From positions 352,001-416,000 of the forward strand of contig CAXXLL010000003.1 in assembly GCA_963662545.2 (NCBI GenBank): 64,000 bases of DNA, given 5' to 3'. Shown one piece after another: positions 1 to 9,066 of the stretch. Position 1 is the first letter of the stretch. Every line of letters starts with the position of its first letter. Origin of the DNA: Gammaproteobacteria bacterium. Lineage in GTDB: Bacteria; Pseudomonadota; Gammaproteobacteria; Ga0077536. A program made the position numbers and the translations under genes. The notes beneath the pieces were generated by a model. That model had not been told where the DNA came from and did not search any database. It saw only the letters and a program-made list of their open reading frames with translations.

Positions 1-157
1 CGGGGACCACAATCCCGACTTTCTCGCAATGCGCTCGCACGAGCACCTCGATCATGTTCGCGATGCTGCGATGGTCCTTGGCGGCGGCAAGCCGAACAGC
101 CTCCTTGACCCCTGGGTCGATGCGCAGGTTGAGGGTTGCGGTTTTCAGGGCTGGCAT
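1..157 (-). CDS. Ribbon-helix-helix/Arc-like small DNA-binding protein, runs off the window edge
   Basis: Hand translation from ATG at 157: MPALKTATLNLRIDPGVKEAVRLAAAKDHRSIANMIEVLVRAHCEK. Beta-strand (LNLRID) then two helices, as in RHH proteins. Divergent from the recombinase. Confidence 0.65.
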   Translation of the reverse strand, partial: MPALKTATLNLRIDPGVKEAVRLAAAKDHRSIANMIEVLVRAHCEKVGIVVP

Positions 158-227
158 ATCCACGATTCCCATACTATGATGTAACGCGTATGTAACGCAA
201 ACATGACGCTATCACCAGTATACCGAG

Positions 228-257
228 CTTTCCCGAATCCACCTCTTTTCGGGAAAG
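228..257. promoter_or_regulatory. Perfect 10-bp inverted repeat CTTTCCCGAA-N10-TTCGGGAAAG upstream of the recombinase; candidate binding/recombination site
   Basis: Seen directly. A second half-degenerate copy (ccaaccaccgttttcgggaaag) lies at ~315-336. Confidence 0.5.
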
Positions 258-785
258 TCAGGTCAGTCGAGGTCAACAAGAATGCGCCCTTCAGCCAACG
301 TCATCGACCTACCCCAACCACCGTTTTCGGGAAAGTTACCCCGGAAACCCAGAAACAAGGATGTCAGGTCACGCGAATACTTAACGCCTGACGAAGTTGC
401 GCAACTAATGCTGGCTGCCGGCAGGGTCGGTCGGCATCCGTTCCGAGACAAGACGCTCATCCTGATTGCTTACCGCCATGCCCTGCGGGTATCCGAATTG
501 GTGTCTCTCCGCTGGGACCAAATCGACCTGAAACAGGGTCAACTACACGCCGTAAGGATGAAGGGTGGGATTGACTCCACACACCCGCTTAGAGGGCCAG
601 AATTGCGCGCTCTTAAACGCTTACAGCGCGAGTATGAGAAGTCCCCGTATGTGTTCGTGACAGAGCGCAGAGGACCTCTGACGACGTCTGCTGTGCGGAA
701 GATTATCGCGAGGGCGGGGGAAGTTGCCGAGCTGGGATTTCCGGTTCATCCGCATATGCTCAGACATGCATGTGGCTTCTACCTA

Positions 786-2482
786 GTGTGCATCCCTAAA
801 CGCGATGCGGTTGAAATAAAAAGGAAAATTTGTCGCTTAAGGGATCGAAACCTCCGGTAGGTCGTGATCTAATGGAACTTCAAACCTCTGATTTTCCACA
901 CAATCATCGACACCACAGGAGGGGGAATGCGTCAGAAACGCACGGCCCAAGCGAGTATATACGAGCTGTTTGCTGACCATGACCTGGGGCGAGAGCTGCA
1001 GGGCATGTCCGAGTGGCTCGATGCTCACCCCAAGGTCCTCACGCCGGTCATGAACGATCTGTGTCGGCGGGGTTTGAAGCCCACCGGTCGACGCGGACTG
1101 TCGGCGGAGTCGGTGCTGCGCTGCGCGGTGCTCAAGCAGCACCGGCAATTGAGTTACGAGGAGCTGGCCTTTCACCTGCAGGACTCGGCGAGCTTTCAGG
1201 CCTTCGCCCGGTTGCCGGGTAATGAACGTCCGAAGAAGTCTGCCTTACAGCGGGTGGTCTCGGCGATCCAGGTATCGACGTGGGAGTCTATTCATCGCGC
1301 CCTGCTGGCGACGGCGAAAGAGACGCGCATTGAGCCGGCACAGCGTGTACGGATTGATAGCACGGTAACGGACAGTGCCATCCACGCGCCGAGCGACAGT
1401 CATCTGCTGTGGGATGGCGTGCGTGTTGTGGTTCGTCTGCTCGCACAGGCGCGCGAGTTGCCTGGCGCGCCGGAGTTGTGCTTCGTGAACCACACTCGAT
1501 TGGCGAAGAAGCGTGCGCGGGCGCTGTGGTATGCGCGTGGTGCGAAGCAACGCCAACGTCTGTATCGCGATTTGATTGGGGCGACGCGTTCAACCTTGGA
1601 AGCGGTAGCGAGGGTACGTGAGCAGCTGCTGAGCCCGGGCGTCACCGGCGTTGAACTGCCGGACTGGCTAGCGCAGGTAGCGCACTACGAAACACTTGTT
1701 CTGCAGGTGATTTCGCAAACTGAGCGGCGGGTGTTCGGCGGTGAGAAGGTCCCCGCGAGCGAGAAGTGCGTGAGCTTGTTCGAGCCGCATACCGACATCA
1801 TCATAAAGGGTGCGCGCGACGTTCAGTACGGACACAAAATCAATCTGGCTTCGGGGCGCAGTGGCCTCATCCTCGACGTGGTCATCGAGCGAGGCAATCC
1901 GGTCGATAGTCAGCGCTTCATGCCGATGCTCGAACGGCATCGAACACACTACGGAACGATGCCACGACAGGTCGCCGCCGATGGCGGCTATGCGAGCCTC
2001 GACAATCTCCGGGCGGCGAAAGCAGAAGGCATCGAAGACGTTGCCTTCCACAAGAAGCGCGGGCTCGCGATCGCCGACATGGTCAAGAGTCAGTGGGTCT
2101 ATCGACGCTTGCGCAACTTCCGCGCCGGCATCGAGGCCGGTATCTCCTGCCTGAAGCGTGCATACGGATTGGCACGTTGCACCTGGAAGAGCCTGCCGCA
2201 CTTCGAAGCCTACGTGTGGTCTTCTGTGGTCGCCTACAACCTCAGCCTGCTCGCGCGCTATCAACTCGAATAGCGACGTTCACTCGCACTAACTGACCTC
2301 CTCGATATCGTCGAACGGGCGACTTTGGGTTGCAGCGCTCTGCGGCCGGCGAACGTACTCACAATTACGCTCGAAGAGCCCTTCGACCCCCACCGAACCG
2401 CCGCTACCGCTCCAACAACCTACTTTCAACACCTCGATTTCTCCGTGCCCATCGAAGAAAATGCCTGTTTATGGACGGACAC
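786..2482 (+). mobile_element. ISNCY/IS5-like insertion sequence with 6-bp TSD TACCTA
   Basis: Ends GTGTGCATCCCTAAAC / GTTTATGGACGGACAC are imperfect IRs. TACCTA at 780-785 and 2483-2488. Confidence 0.9.
927..2273 (+). CDS. DDE transposase (ISNCY/IS5-like)
   Basis: 448 aa with RIDSTV, AADGGY and RAGIEAGISCLKR DDE-type motifs. Confidence 0.9.
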   Translation: MRQKRTAQASIYELFADHDLGRELQGMSEWLDAHPKVLTPVMNDLCRRGLKPTGRRGLSAESVLRCAVLKQHRQLSYEELAFHLQDSASFQAFARLPGNERPKKSALQRVVSAIQVSTWESIHRALLATAKETRIEPAQRVRIDSTVTDSAIHAPSDSHLLWDGVRVVVRLLAQARELPGAPELCFVNHTRLAKKRARALWYARGAKQRQRLYRDLIGATRSTLEAVARVREQLLSPGVTGVELPDWLAQVAHYETLVLQVISQTERRVFGGEKVPASEKCVSLFEPHTDIIIKGARDVQYGHKINLASGRSGLILDVVIERGNPVDSQRFMPMLERHRTHYGTMPRQVAADGGYASLDNLRAAKAEGIEDVAFHKKRGLAIADMVKSQWVYRRLRNFRAGIEAGISCLKRAYGLARCTWKSLPHFEAYVWSSVVAYNLSLLARYQLE

Positions 2483-2585
2483 TACCTAGCCAATGAAGGA
2501 CACGATACGCGAGCGATTCAGATGTATCTGGGCCACTCGAACATTCAGCACACGACCCGGTATACGGAACTGGCGGCGAACCGGT

Positions 2586-2837
2586 TTAATGGGTTTTGGA
2601 AGGATTAAACCAGCGCTCCCGATCGTCGCTCTGAAGCTCGGGCGCTGCCACCGCCTCCTTAATCTTCGCCCGCCATTCAGCCAAGTCGTTTACCGCCTTG
2701 TCAGCCGTTTCCACGAGCAGCTTGGTCGGCACTTTGCCTCTCTTGGTGGACTTTATGAAGCCAGCCAGAGCTGCGGTGGCGTTGCCGAGGATTTTGTACA
2801 GATCGCGTAAGCCCGCGAGGTCGTCTTTTTCGTTCAT
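2586..2837 (-). CDS. Hypothetical protein
   Basis: 83-aa ATG ORF convergent on the recombinase; no recognisable motif. Confidence 0.4.
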   Translation of the reverse strand: MNEKDDLAGLRDLYKILGNATAALAGFIKSTKRGKVPTKLLVETADKAVNDLAEWRAKIKEAVAAPELQSDDRERWFNPSKTH

Positions 2838-2883
2838 ACGGCTAGTCTAGCTTGCATTCGGTTGGCCTCGAATCGCAACCCAA

Positions 2884-3027
2884 TAAGCCGCGTGTAGCAA
2901 AAGTCGCCGCTCGCCAGTGCCGCGTTGCCGAACGCTACTCGACGACCGCTTACGAGCGCATTGCAGACGTAATGCTTAGCGTTGTTGCAGTGCCGCGATT
3001 TGGCCGCTGACGACCCTAAACGGCCAT
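2884..3027 (+). repeat. Tripartite palindromic repeat, copy A
   Basis: Unit 2 acgaccgcttacgagcgcattgcagacgt (2942-2970); unit 3 ttggccgctga-cgaccc-taaacggccat (3000-3027); unit 1 degenerate. Confidence 0.85.
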
Positions 3028-3188
3028 CGGCGAAAATCGAATAACCAATCCTGACGGTTTCAAGTAGGGGAAATTTAACCCCGAGCGTAACGTCGCAATG
3101 CAAGACTTAATCCCATCGTTTAAGTCCTATGGACTGGGGAAAGGGTAGACCGCTGGAAAAGGGTTAAGCCGGTGTTTCAGGGGCCCTT

Positions 3189-3415
3189 TGTCAAGATTTT
3201 TTACACGCCGAGTTTCCCGGCCCGATTGGCGCTAAGCCTTTGTTGTTATTACGGTTCGTACCCAGATTACCCGGAAACCCCGGTGATTTGGCCCCGAAAT
3301 GGGTTGAAAAGTGTCAGTAATTTTTACAAATCCCGGTATTTTTACGGCGTCATGCTAGGGCGTATGGCCTAACCCCTTGAAAGCACTTTAATTATTTTTT
3401 TGGCATGAAACCTGC
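3189..3415 (+). promoter_or_regulatory. Sigma-54 promoter with two TGT-N11-ACA enhancer boxes (PrsR-type PEP-CTERM control region)
   Basis: TGT-N11-ACA at 3189-3205 and 3312-3328; TGGCAT-N5-CTGC (GG-N10-GC) at 3401-3415. Confidence 0.75.
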
Positions 3416-3477
3416 GTCTTAACCAAGCGACGAGAGGCAATTGTTGCCCAATTTAGAAAACGACCGGAGCGTCTGAC

Positions 3478-4257
3478 ATGACCTCGTTCGCGGCCAACCC
3501 CGCGAAACCATTTCCCCCGGCCGCCATTCTGGTGGCGATTCTTCTTATAGGTGCCCCACCGTCCGCTCGAGGCGTGGTGTTGAATTTCGAGGGCTTGATG
3601 CTGCAGTTTCCAACTGGCAACGAAGGGCCGGTTCTAACGCCGTTCCTTACCGGGACGTATGGGTTTCGCTTAACATTGGACGAGCCAGAGCTCTTCCCAC
3701 AAGTCATTAACACGCCTGCTATGCAGGGCATCGTGCACGACATCGAGACCGCTCAGCTCGAAATTTTCCACAACGGCGTGCCCCTCATAATCGGGAGCCA
3801 GGACGTTCACGCCGCAGACGACGGTGTATCGGCCCAGATCTTCTATGACTACAATAATCCCGGAGAAGGCTTCAACGGCCCCCTCGATTTGATCTTAGTG
3901 CAAGGCATCATACCCAGCGGCTCGTTACTGACGGACAATTTATTTGAAGCGGTAACTCTAGAGATTTTCATGACGTTGTTCCCCATGGACGAGTTAGACG
4001 CTTCCGCACGTGAATTGCCTACCCTGATACCGCCATCACAATTCAACGTGGTTACTATGACTATTCACTACCAGATATTATCTGTAAGCCCCCAAGCAGT
4101 GGTGACCCATGAAATTATCCGCGTGGATGGGTTTCAGGGAACCGGTTTCGGCCCGGTGACTAGCCTCACGCTACAAACCATCCCTGAACCCACCGCCCTT
4201 GCCCTTATGGGATTAGCACTCGCAGGATTGGGTTTCCAAAGGCGTAAAGCAGCGTAA
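3478..4257 (+). CDS. PEP-CTERM sorting domain protein
   Basis: N-terminal signal-like segment; C-terminus IPEPTALALMGLALAGLGFQRRKAA. Confidence 0.9.
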   Translation: MTSFAANPAKPFPPAAILVAILLIGAPPSARGVVLNFEGLMLQFPTGNEGPVLTPFLTGTYGFRLTLDEPELFPQVINTPAMQGIVHDIETAQLEIFHNGVPLIIGSQDVHAADDGVSAQIFYDYNNPGEGFNGPLDLILVQGIIPSGSLLTDNLFEAVTLEIFMTLFPMDELDASARELPTLIPPSQFNVVTMTIHYQILSVSPQAVVTHEIIRVDGFQGTGFGPVTSLTLQTIPEPTALALMGLALAGLGFQRRKAA

Positions 4258-4281
4258 CCGCTCTCAATAATCTAACATCAG

Positions 4282-4309
4282 GAAGCCTGCTTCGGCGGGT
4301 TTCTTTTTT
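4282..4309 (+). terminator. Rho-independent terminator
   Basis: gaagcctgc-ttcg-gcgggtttc followed by a T-run. Confidence 0.8.
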
Positions 4310-4317
4310 GGCGCGCC

Positions 4318-4462
4318 AGGTCCGCAGTTGGCCGAGACCCGCCCTGCTCAGCTAACGCTCCACTGAAAGCCACTGGATGACCGCTTCCGAGCGCATTGCA
4401 GACGTAACGTTTAATCGTGCTGCACTGCCGCGATAAGGCCGCTGACGACCCACAGCGGACAT
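4318..4462 (+). repeat. Tripartite palindromic repeat, copy B
   Basis: Units at 4318-4345, 4377-4405 and 4435-4462 (period 59/58 bp). Confidence 0.9.
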
Positions 4463-5323
4463 GGCTATCGGAGCGGCAGTGAAGGGAATGCCACTGTCAA
4501 GCGTCCGCCTCCAACGACCCGTTATGCTGCATTATGAATGCACAGTGACCCCATTTCTGTTCAATTATTCTACGATCCTTTTCTATGTTCGGCGGACCTG
4601 GCGGAACTTCATTGTCGAGCGCCGTGAACATTTGAGCAGCTATGCTCCCGGAGCCTGTTATTTCCAGCATTTCGCCGCCATCGCCGTATTTGAACGCATG
4701 TATCGTTCCACCCGGCACAAAAACAAGTGTGCCTGGTGTGCACAGTTCGGTCCTTCCATCACAGGTGATTTCAACGCTTCCTTTAATCACGAAAAATGAT
4801 TCATCCCAGTCGTGGCTATGAGGCGGAGGTCCCATGCCTTTGTCTCCGGACTGATACGTAAATTCCTGTCCCTGTGTTTCTTGTTTTGAAGCGAGCACGG
4901 CTATCGGAGCGGCAGTGAAGGGAATGCCACTGTCAAGCGTCCGCCTCCAACGACCCGTTATGCTGCATTATGAATGCACAGTGCATTACTTCTACGATCT
5001 TTTCTATGTTCGGCGGACCTGGCGGAACTTCATTGTCGAGCGCCGTGAACATTTGAGCAGCTATGCTCCCGGAGCCTGTTATTTCCAGCATTTCGCCGCC
5101 ATCGGGGCCGTATTTGAACGCATGTATCGTTCCACCCGGCACAAAAACAAGTGTGCCTGGTGTGCACAGTTCGGTCCTTCCATCACAGGTGATTTCAACG
5201 CTTCCTTTAATCACGAAAAATGATTCATCCCAGTCGTGGCTATGAGGCGGAGGTCCCATGCCTTTGTCTCCGGACTGATACGTAAATTCCTGTCCCTGTG
5301 TTTCTTGTTTTGAAGCGAGCACG
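4463..5323. repeat. ~430-bp tandem duplication of the 3' part of a cupin gene plus half attC
   Basis: 4463-4898 is repeated at 4899-5323 with small indels. Confidence 0.9.
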
Positions 5324-5397
5324 GTTACGTCAGTGCCTACGACGTTCAACGCGGATTTATAAGTCTCCGGTTTGATAATAAGCGGGGCTCTACTCAT
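4933..5397 (-). CDS. Cupin domain protein (integron-type cassette; 3' end disturbed by indels)
   Basis: GPPPHSHDWDESFFV...GTIHAF cupin motifs; GGAGGA RBS before ATG 5397. A 5'-truncated copy lies at 4497-4898. Confidence 0.85.
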   Translation of the reverse strand: MSRAPLIIKPETYKSALNVVGTDVTVLASKQETQGQEFTYQSGDKGMGPPPHSHDWDESFFVIKGSVEITCDGRTELCTPGTLVFVPGGTIHAFKYGPDGGEMLEITGSGSIAAQMFTALDNEVPPGPPNIEKIVEVMHCAFIMQHNGSLEADA

Positions 5398-5435
5398 GGG
5401 ATTACTCCTCCGACGGTGTAGATGGGCCGGTTGCG

Positions 5436-5489
5436 GCATAACGCTAGGATAACCTGCTGTAACACGTCAGGATGATCCGTTTGTTAGGT
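5436..5489 (-). other. attC site (short 59-be type)
   Basis: Minus strand ACCTAAC...GTTATGC with internal dyad (ggatcatcctg/caggttatcc). Confidence 0.75.
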
Positions 5490-5491
5490 GG

Positions 5492-6581
5492 CCCGGATTC
5501 ACAATGTAAGTGCAACACAAGAATTTCCCTATATCGCGTTAAACGAAGCGAGCTGGGATACTCGTAAGCACTCTCTTCTTGGCAGAATAGGAAACTTACG
5601 ATGAGTTATCACCAGCTCACCTCTGGAGAGAGGTATATGCTTCACACCTTGAAAATGCAAGGCTGTAAAAACGCAGAGGTCGCTCGAAAACTCGGGCGAC
5701 ATCGGTCTACGATCGGACGCGAACTAAAGCGTAATCGCCGCATCGGTCGGTATCGTCCTGACGAAGCTGAGGAGATGACCCGAGGCAGGCGAACGAAGTC
5801 TCGCCGACGATGGTATTTCACCGACCAACAACTCAGTCTCGCCATTCGCTTGCTGCGCGAGGAATGGAGCCCCCAGCAAGTCTCGGATTGGTTCAAGCGT
5901 CATCGGATATTTTCAATCAGTCACCAGACCCTATACCGGTATATCTGGTACGACCACTTCTTCGGCGGCACCTTATATAAGCATCTGCGACAGGCGGAAA
6001 AACGACGACGGAAACGCTACGGCAGCGGTGATTCTCGCGGTGTTATGCGAGGAAAGCGCCATATCACCGAACGACCACCAGGCGCTGAAAACCGTTCCCG
6101 CATCGGTCATTGGGAAATAGACACCGTCATCGGTAGCCACGACGGTCACTGCATCGTGACCCTCGTTGAACGTAAGACACGATATACCTTAATCGGAAAA
6201 CTTCGGGCTCGCACGACCGCCGAACTCAACCGCAAAGTGATCCAACTTATCAAACGTGAAATGCGCTTGGTGCGAACCGTAACCGCCGATAATGGAACTG
6301 AGTTTCATCAGTTCCAGAAGATAGAAAACGCGACCGACGCTCGCTTCTATTTTTGTACGCCATATCATTCCTGGGAACGCGGTACCAATGAAAATACCAA
6401 CGGCCTTATTCGACAGTACCTGCCCAAAGGGAAAACCATGGCAGACGTTACACAACGTGACTGCGATAAGATAGCGAAGAAACTCAACACACGTCCGCGA
6501 AGGGTTCTCGGCGTCAAAACACCGGAGGAATGTTATGCAGCAGTTTAATCACCCCTGTTGCACTTCACTTGGACATCTGGG
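5492..6581 (+). mobile_element. IS30-family insertion sequence, probable 3-bp TSD TGG
   Basis: ~26-bp imperfect IRs sharing AAGTGCAACA; tgg at 5489-5491 and 6582-6584. Confidence 0.85.
5601..6548 (+). CDS. IS30-family transposase
   Basis: HTH (LGRHRSTIGRELKRN), GHWEIDTV, TADNGTEF, WERGTNENTNGLIRQYLPK. Confidence 0.95.
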   Translation: MSYHQLTSGERYMLHTLKMQGCKNAEVARKLGRHRSTIGRELKRNRRIGRYRPDEAEEMTRGRRTKSRRRWYFTDQQLSLAIRLLREEWSPQQVSDWFKRHRIFSISHQTLYRYIWYDHFFGGTLYKHLRQAEKRRRKRYGSGDSRGVMRGKRHITERPPGAENRSRIGHWEIDTVIGSHDGHCIVTLVERKTRYTLIGKLRARTTAELNRKVIQLIKREMRLVRTVTADNGTEFHQFQKIENATDARFYFCTPYHSWERGTNENTNGLIRQYLPKGKTMADVTQRDCDKIAKKLNTRPRRVLGVKTPEECYAAV

Positions 6582-6606
6582 TGGATGATGCATTTCAAAT
6601 GTGAAC

Positions 6607-7038
6607 TCAGGCCCCTTCGGCTAGCTGCCGCTCGTAACAAGCAGCATCGTAGTAGCCACGAGACTGTGCGATCAGGCCTGATTCGCCCATCTCCCAAACC
6701 TCGACTCCGCTCACGCGAACGGAATTTCCCGTGCCGCCCGGTCCTGTGTTGGTCCCAGTGAGCGTCCATACAAAGAACGCAGCATTACCTGCGACGAGAA
6801 GCTGATCAAGACTGATTTGTAAGTCGGGAAAAGCTTCCATGTAGCTACTTGCTACAGCTGCTAGCGCCGTGCGTCCAATGGCGGGTGGTCCGTCGTTTAT
6901 CGATTGTCGTCCGACTTCCTCGTAGCACGAGGCCATTCCCTCCGGATCGTGCGAAGACCACGCACTCGCACACCGAATCGCGAGATCCCATAGTGCTTGG
7001 GATGGGGCCGTCGAACCTGGCGTCGAGGCTAATTGCAT
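6607..7038 (-). CDS. SnoaL/NTF2-like ester cyclase family protein (cassette)
   Basis: AFPDL, WTLTGTNTGPGGTG..VRVSG motifs; GGAGG RBS; core site GTTAGGC upstream at ~7101-7107 on the minus strand. Confidence 0.85.
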   Translation of the reverse strand: MQLASTPGSTAPSQALWDLAIRCASAWSSHDPEGMASCYEEVGRQSINDGPPAIGRTALAAVASSYMEAFPDLQISLDQLLVAGNAAFFVWTLTGTNTGPGGTGNSVRVSGVEVWEMGESGLIAQSRGYYDAACYERQLAEGA

Positions 7039-7194
7039 TACCGTTTCCTCCGGTTTTTTGCTTTAACGAAAATGTGTCCTTATTTGGGAACTGTATAGAG
7101 GCCTAACATTAAATGGTCGCTACAATGACGCGATTAATCGAATCATTGTGACGCATAATAATCGGTGCAGACATAGCTGTGGTTACGGTAGCCG

Positions 7195-7339
7195 GGGATG
7201 GCTCTTGGCCGACTGCAGCCGTGCTCCCTCCACTCGGTTCTTGAAGCAACTGGACGACCGCTATGAAGGGGAATACAGACGTAATCTAGAGCGGTGTTGC
7301 GATGCGACGATGAGGCCGCTGACGACCCACAGCGGACCT
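7195..7339 (+). repeat. Tripartite palindromic repeat, copy C
   Basis: tggccg-actgcagccgt ... gaccgctatgaagggg..cagacgt ... ggccgctga-cgaccc-acagcggacct. Confidence 0.9.
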
Positions 7340-7469
7340 CCACAAATCCGGAACCGCTATGCCCGTCCGACGACGAGAACCAAGTTTTCAATCGCTCTTG
7401 TCAGTTGATTATCGATTCCCGGACGGGTTACGGTTCCGTTACCTTAAGAAAATATGGAGAGAGCACTTA

Positions 7470-8414
7470 ATGTCGTTGCCCTCCTTGCCAGAAGTAACTC
7501 GTATTTACCAGAACACGTTCTTCGACAGCACGCGCTGGGACGGTTTCAAACCGCGCGACGGTGACATCATCATCTCGACGTCGTACAAAGGCGGCACGAC
7601 CTGGACACAGGCAATCTGCGGGGCGCTTATTTTTCAATCACCGGACCCTCCTGCACCGCTGGACGAACTCTCACCGTGGATCGACTCAATGTACCATCCC
7701 ATTGAGGACGTCCTCGACCGCGTCGAAACGATGACCTACCGCCGTTACGTCAAGACGCATTTACCGCTCACGGCAGTGCCCTATTACGACAATGTCCATT
7801 ACATCTTCGTCGGTCGTGACGGGCGCGACGTGTGGATGTCGCTGTGGAATCACTTCCGCAACATGAAACCGGAGGTGGTGCAGGCGTTGAACGATAATCC
7901 TCTACGCAAAGGACCCGAGGTGCCGCCGGTTGCCACAGACATTAACGAGGGGTTCGATGAGTGGATGTCGAAATCCCTATACCCCTGGGAACGCGACGGC
8001 TATCCGGCATGGTCACTCCATAATCACGCACAAACGTGGTGGAACTACCGGCACCTCGACAATATCCTGTGTGTTCATTTCGCCGATATGCTCGATGATC
8101 TGAACGGTCAGATGCGCCGCATTGCCGCGTATCTCGACATACCGGTAAACGAGGACGTCTGGCCGGCGCTCGTGCAGTCGGTCACATTCGATGAGATGAA
8201 GCGCAACTTCGCTACGCGCGCACCGGGCAGCAGTAGGGGGGTGTGGAAAGACACTAAGAATTTCTTTCACAAGGGCACCAATCGTCGCTGGGAAGGCGTG
8301 TTGAGCGCTGATCAGATCAGGCGGTATGAATCGCTTATTACAGAGCTGATGGAACCGAATTTGGTGCGCTGGCTTGTGCACGACGACGGGTTCATCGATC
8401 CAAAATCCTTATAG
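7470..8414 (+). CDS. Sulfotransferase domain protein
   Basis: PAPS-binding SYKGGTTW, KTHLP, RDGRDV..S and FFHKG..RW; likely start ATG 7470 after GGAGA. Confidence 0.9.
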   Translation: MSLPSLPEVTRIYQNTFFDSTRWDGFKPRDGDIIISTSYKGGTTWTQAICGALIFQSPDPPAPLDELSPWIDSMYHPIEDVLDRVETMTYRRYVKTHLPLTAVPYYDNVHYIFVGRDGRDVWMSLWNHFRNMKPEVVQALNDNPLRKGPEVPPVATDINEGFDEWMSKSLYPWERDGYPAWSLHNHAQTWWNYRHLDNILCVHFADMLDDLNGQMRRIAAYLDIPVNEDVWPALVQSVTFDEMKRNFATRAPGSSRGVWKDTKNFFHKGTNRRWEGVLSADQIRRYESLITELMEPNLVRWLVHDDGFIDPKSL

Positions 8415-8519
8415 CAGGCGACGGCGTTTGGCGTCGATAACGCCACCACCATCTGTTTCCCGTGAGCAACCATGAGACAACCGCTTTTATTCTTCTTATA
8501 CGTCCGCGATCAGGGCCGC

Positions 8520-8666
8520 CTGGTCGGAGATTCACCACAAATGCCCTTGTTCTCGAATAAACACCCGCTCATCGGTGCGCTGGGAATGATCGATCCCGAC
8601 TCTCTGACCCCGATCGAAGCGCTCGAAACTCTCTTCCGGTTGCGGTCCTTACTCGACGACGAATGA
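8520..8666 (+). pseudogene. mutS: 3' remnant of mutS (C-terminal tetramerisation tail only)
   Basis: PQMPLF...IDPDSLTPIEALETLFRLRSL resembles the MutS C-terminus; it lies directly before fdxA, as in the known mutS-fdxA order. Confidence 0.7.
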
Positions 8667-8742
8667 CCATCTTTCTTGTTGGGCTCGGGCGAGGCCGCCG
8701 TTATACTGCACTGCTTTTTCATCAGTCACGAAGTGCTGAGAC

Positions 8743-9066
8743 ATGACATTTGTTGTTGTTGAAAGTTGTATCAAGTGCAAGCTCACGGACTGCGTGGAGG
8801 TATGTCCCGTCGATTGCTTTCACGAAGGTCCGAACATGCTGGTCATCGATCCGGATGAATGTATCGATTGCACCTTGTGCGAACCCGAATGTCCGGTCGA
8901 CGCCATCAAATCCGAGGACGATCTCACCGACGACGAGCAGCACTTCCTGGCCTTGAACACGGAACTTTCCGCCGAGTGGCCCGTGATCAGTGAGATGAAG
9001 GACCCGCCGCCCGATGCGGATGAGTGGAGGGACAAAACCGATAAGCTGCAATACCTCGAACGTTGA
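8743..9066 (+). CDS. fdxA: 7Fe ferredoxin (Azotobacter FdI type)
   Basis: [46 protein letters not shown]. Confidence 0.95.
   Translation: MTFVVVESCIKCKLTDCVEVCPVDCFHEGPNMLVIDPDECIDCTLCEPECPVDAIKSEDDLTDDEQHFLALNTELSAEWPVISEMKDPPPDADEWRDKTDKLQYLER

Larger units (their letters stand above)
282..2608 (+). pseudogene. FimB/FimE-like tyrosine recombinase split by an IS (segments 282-785 and 2483-2608)
   Basis: REYLT..EV, YRHALRVSE and HPHMLRHACGFYL before the IS; ANEGHDTRAIQMYLGHSNIQHTTRY after it. Removing the IS and one TACCTA restores the frame and the R-HxxR-H-Y catalytic set. Confidence 0.9.

Noticed and set aside
282-2608. Recombinase as an integron integrase (IntI)
   Set aside because: Only ~210 aa when reconstituted, with FimB/E-like motifs and no room for the IntI-specific insertion or N-terminal domain.
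2834-3103. Short ORFs overlapping the repeats (also 7143-7408, 18743-18994, 21208-21560, 24752-24943, 33258-33575)
   Set aside because: They are translations of the non-coding repeat in inconsistent frames and strands.
4318-4462. CRISPR mini-arrays (28-bp repeats with ~30-bp spacers)
   Set aside because: The units within a copy differ from each other, the linkers are conserved between copies instead of unique, and there are no cas genes in the window.
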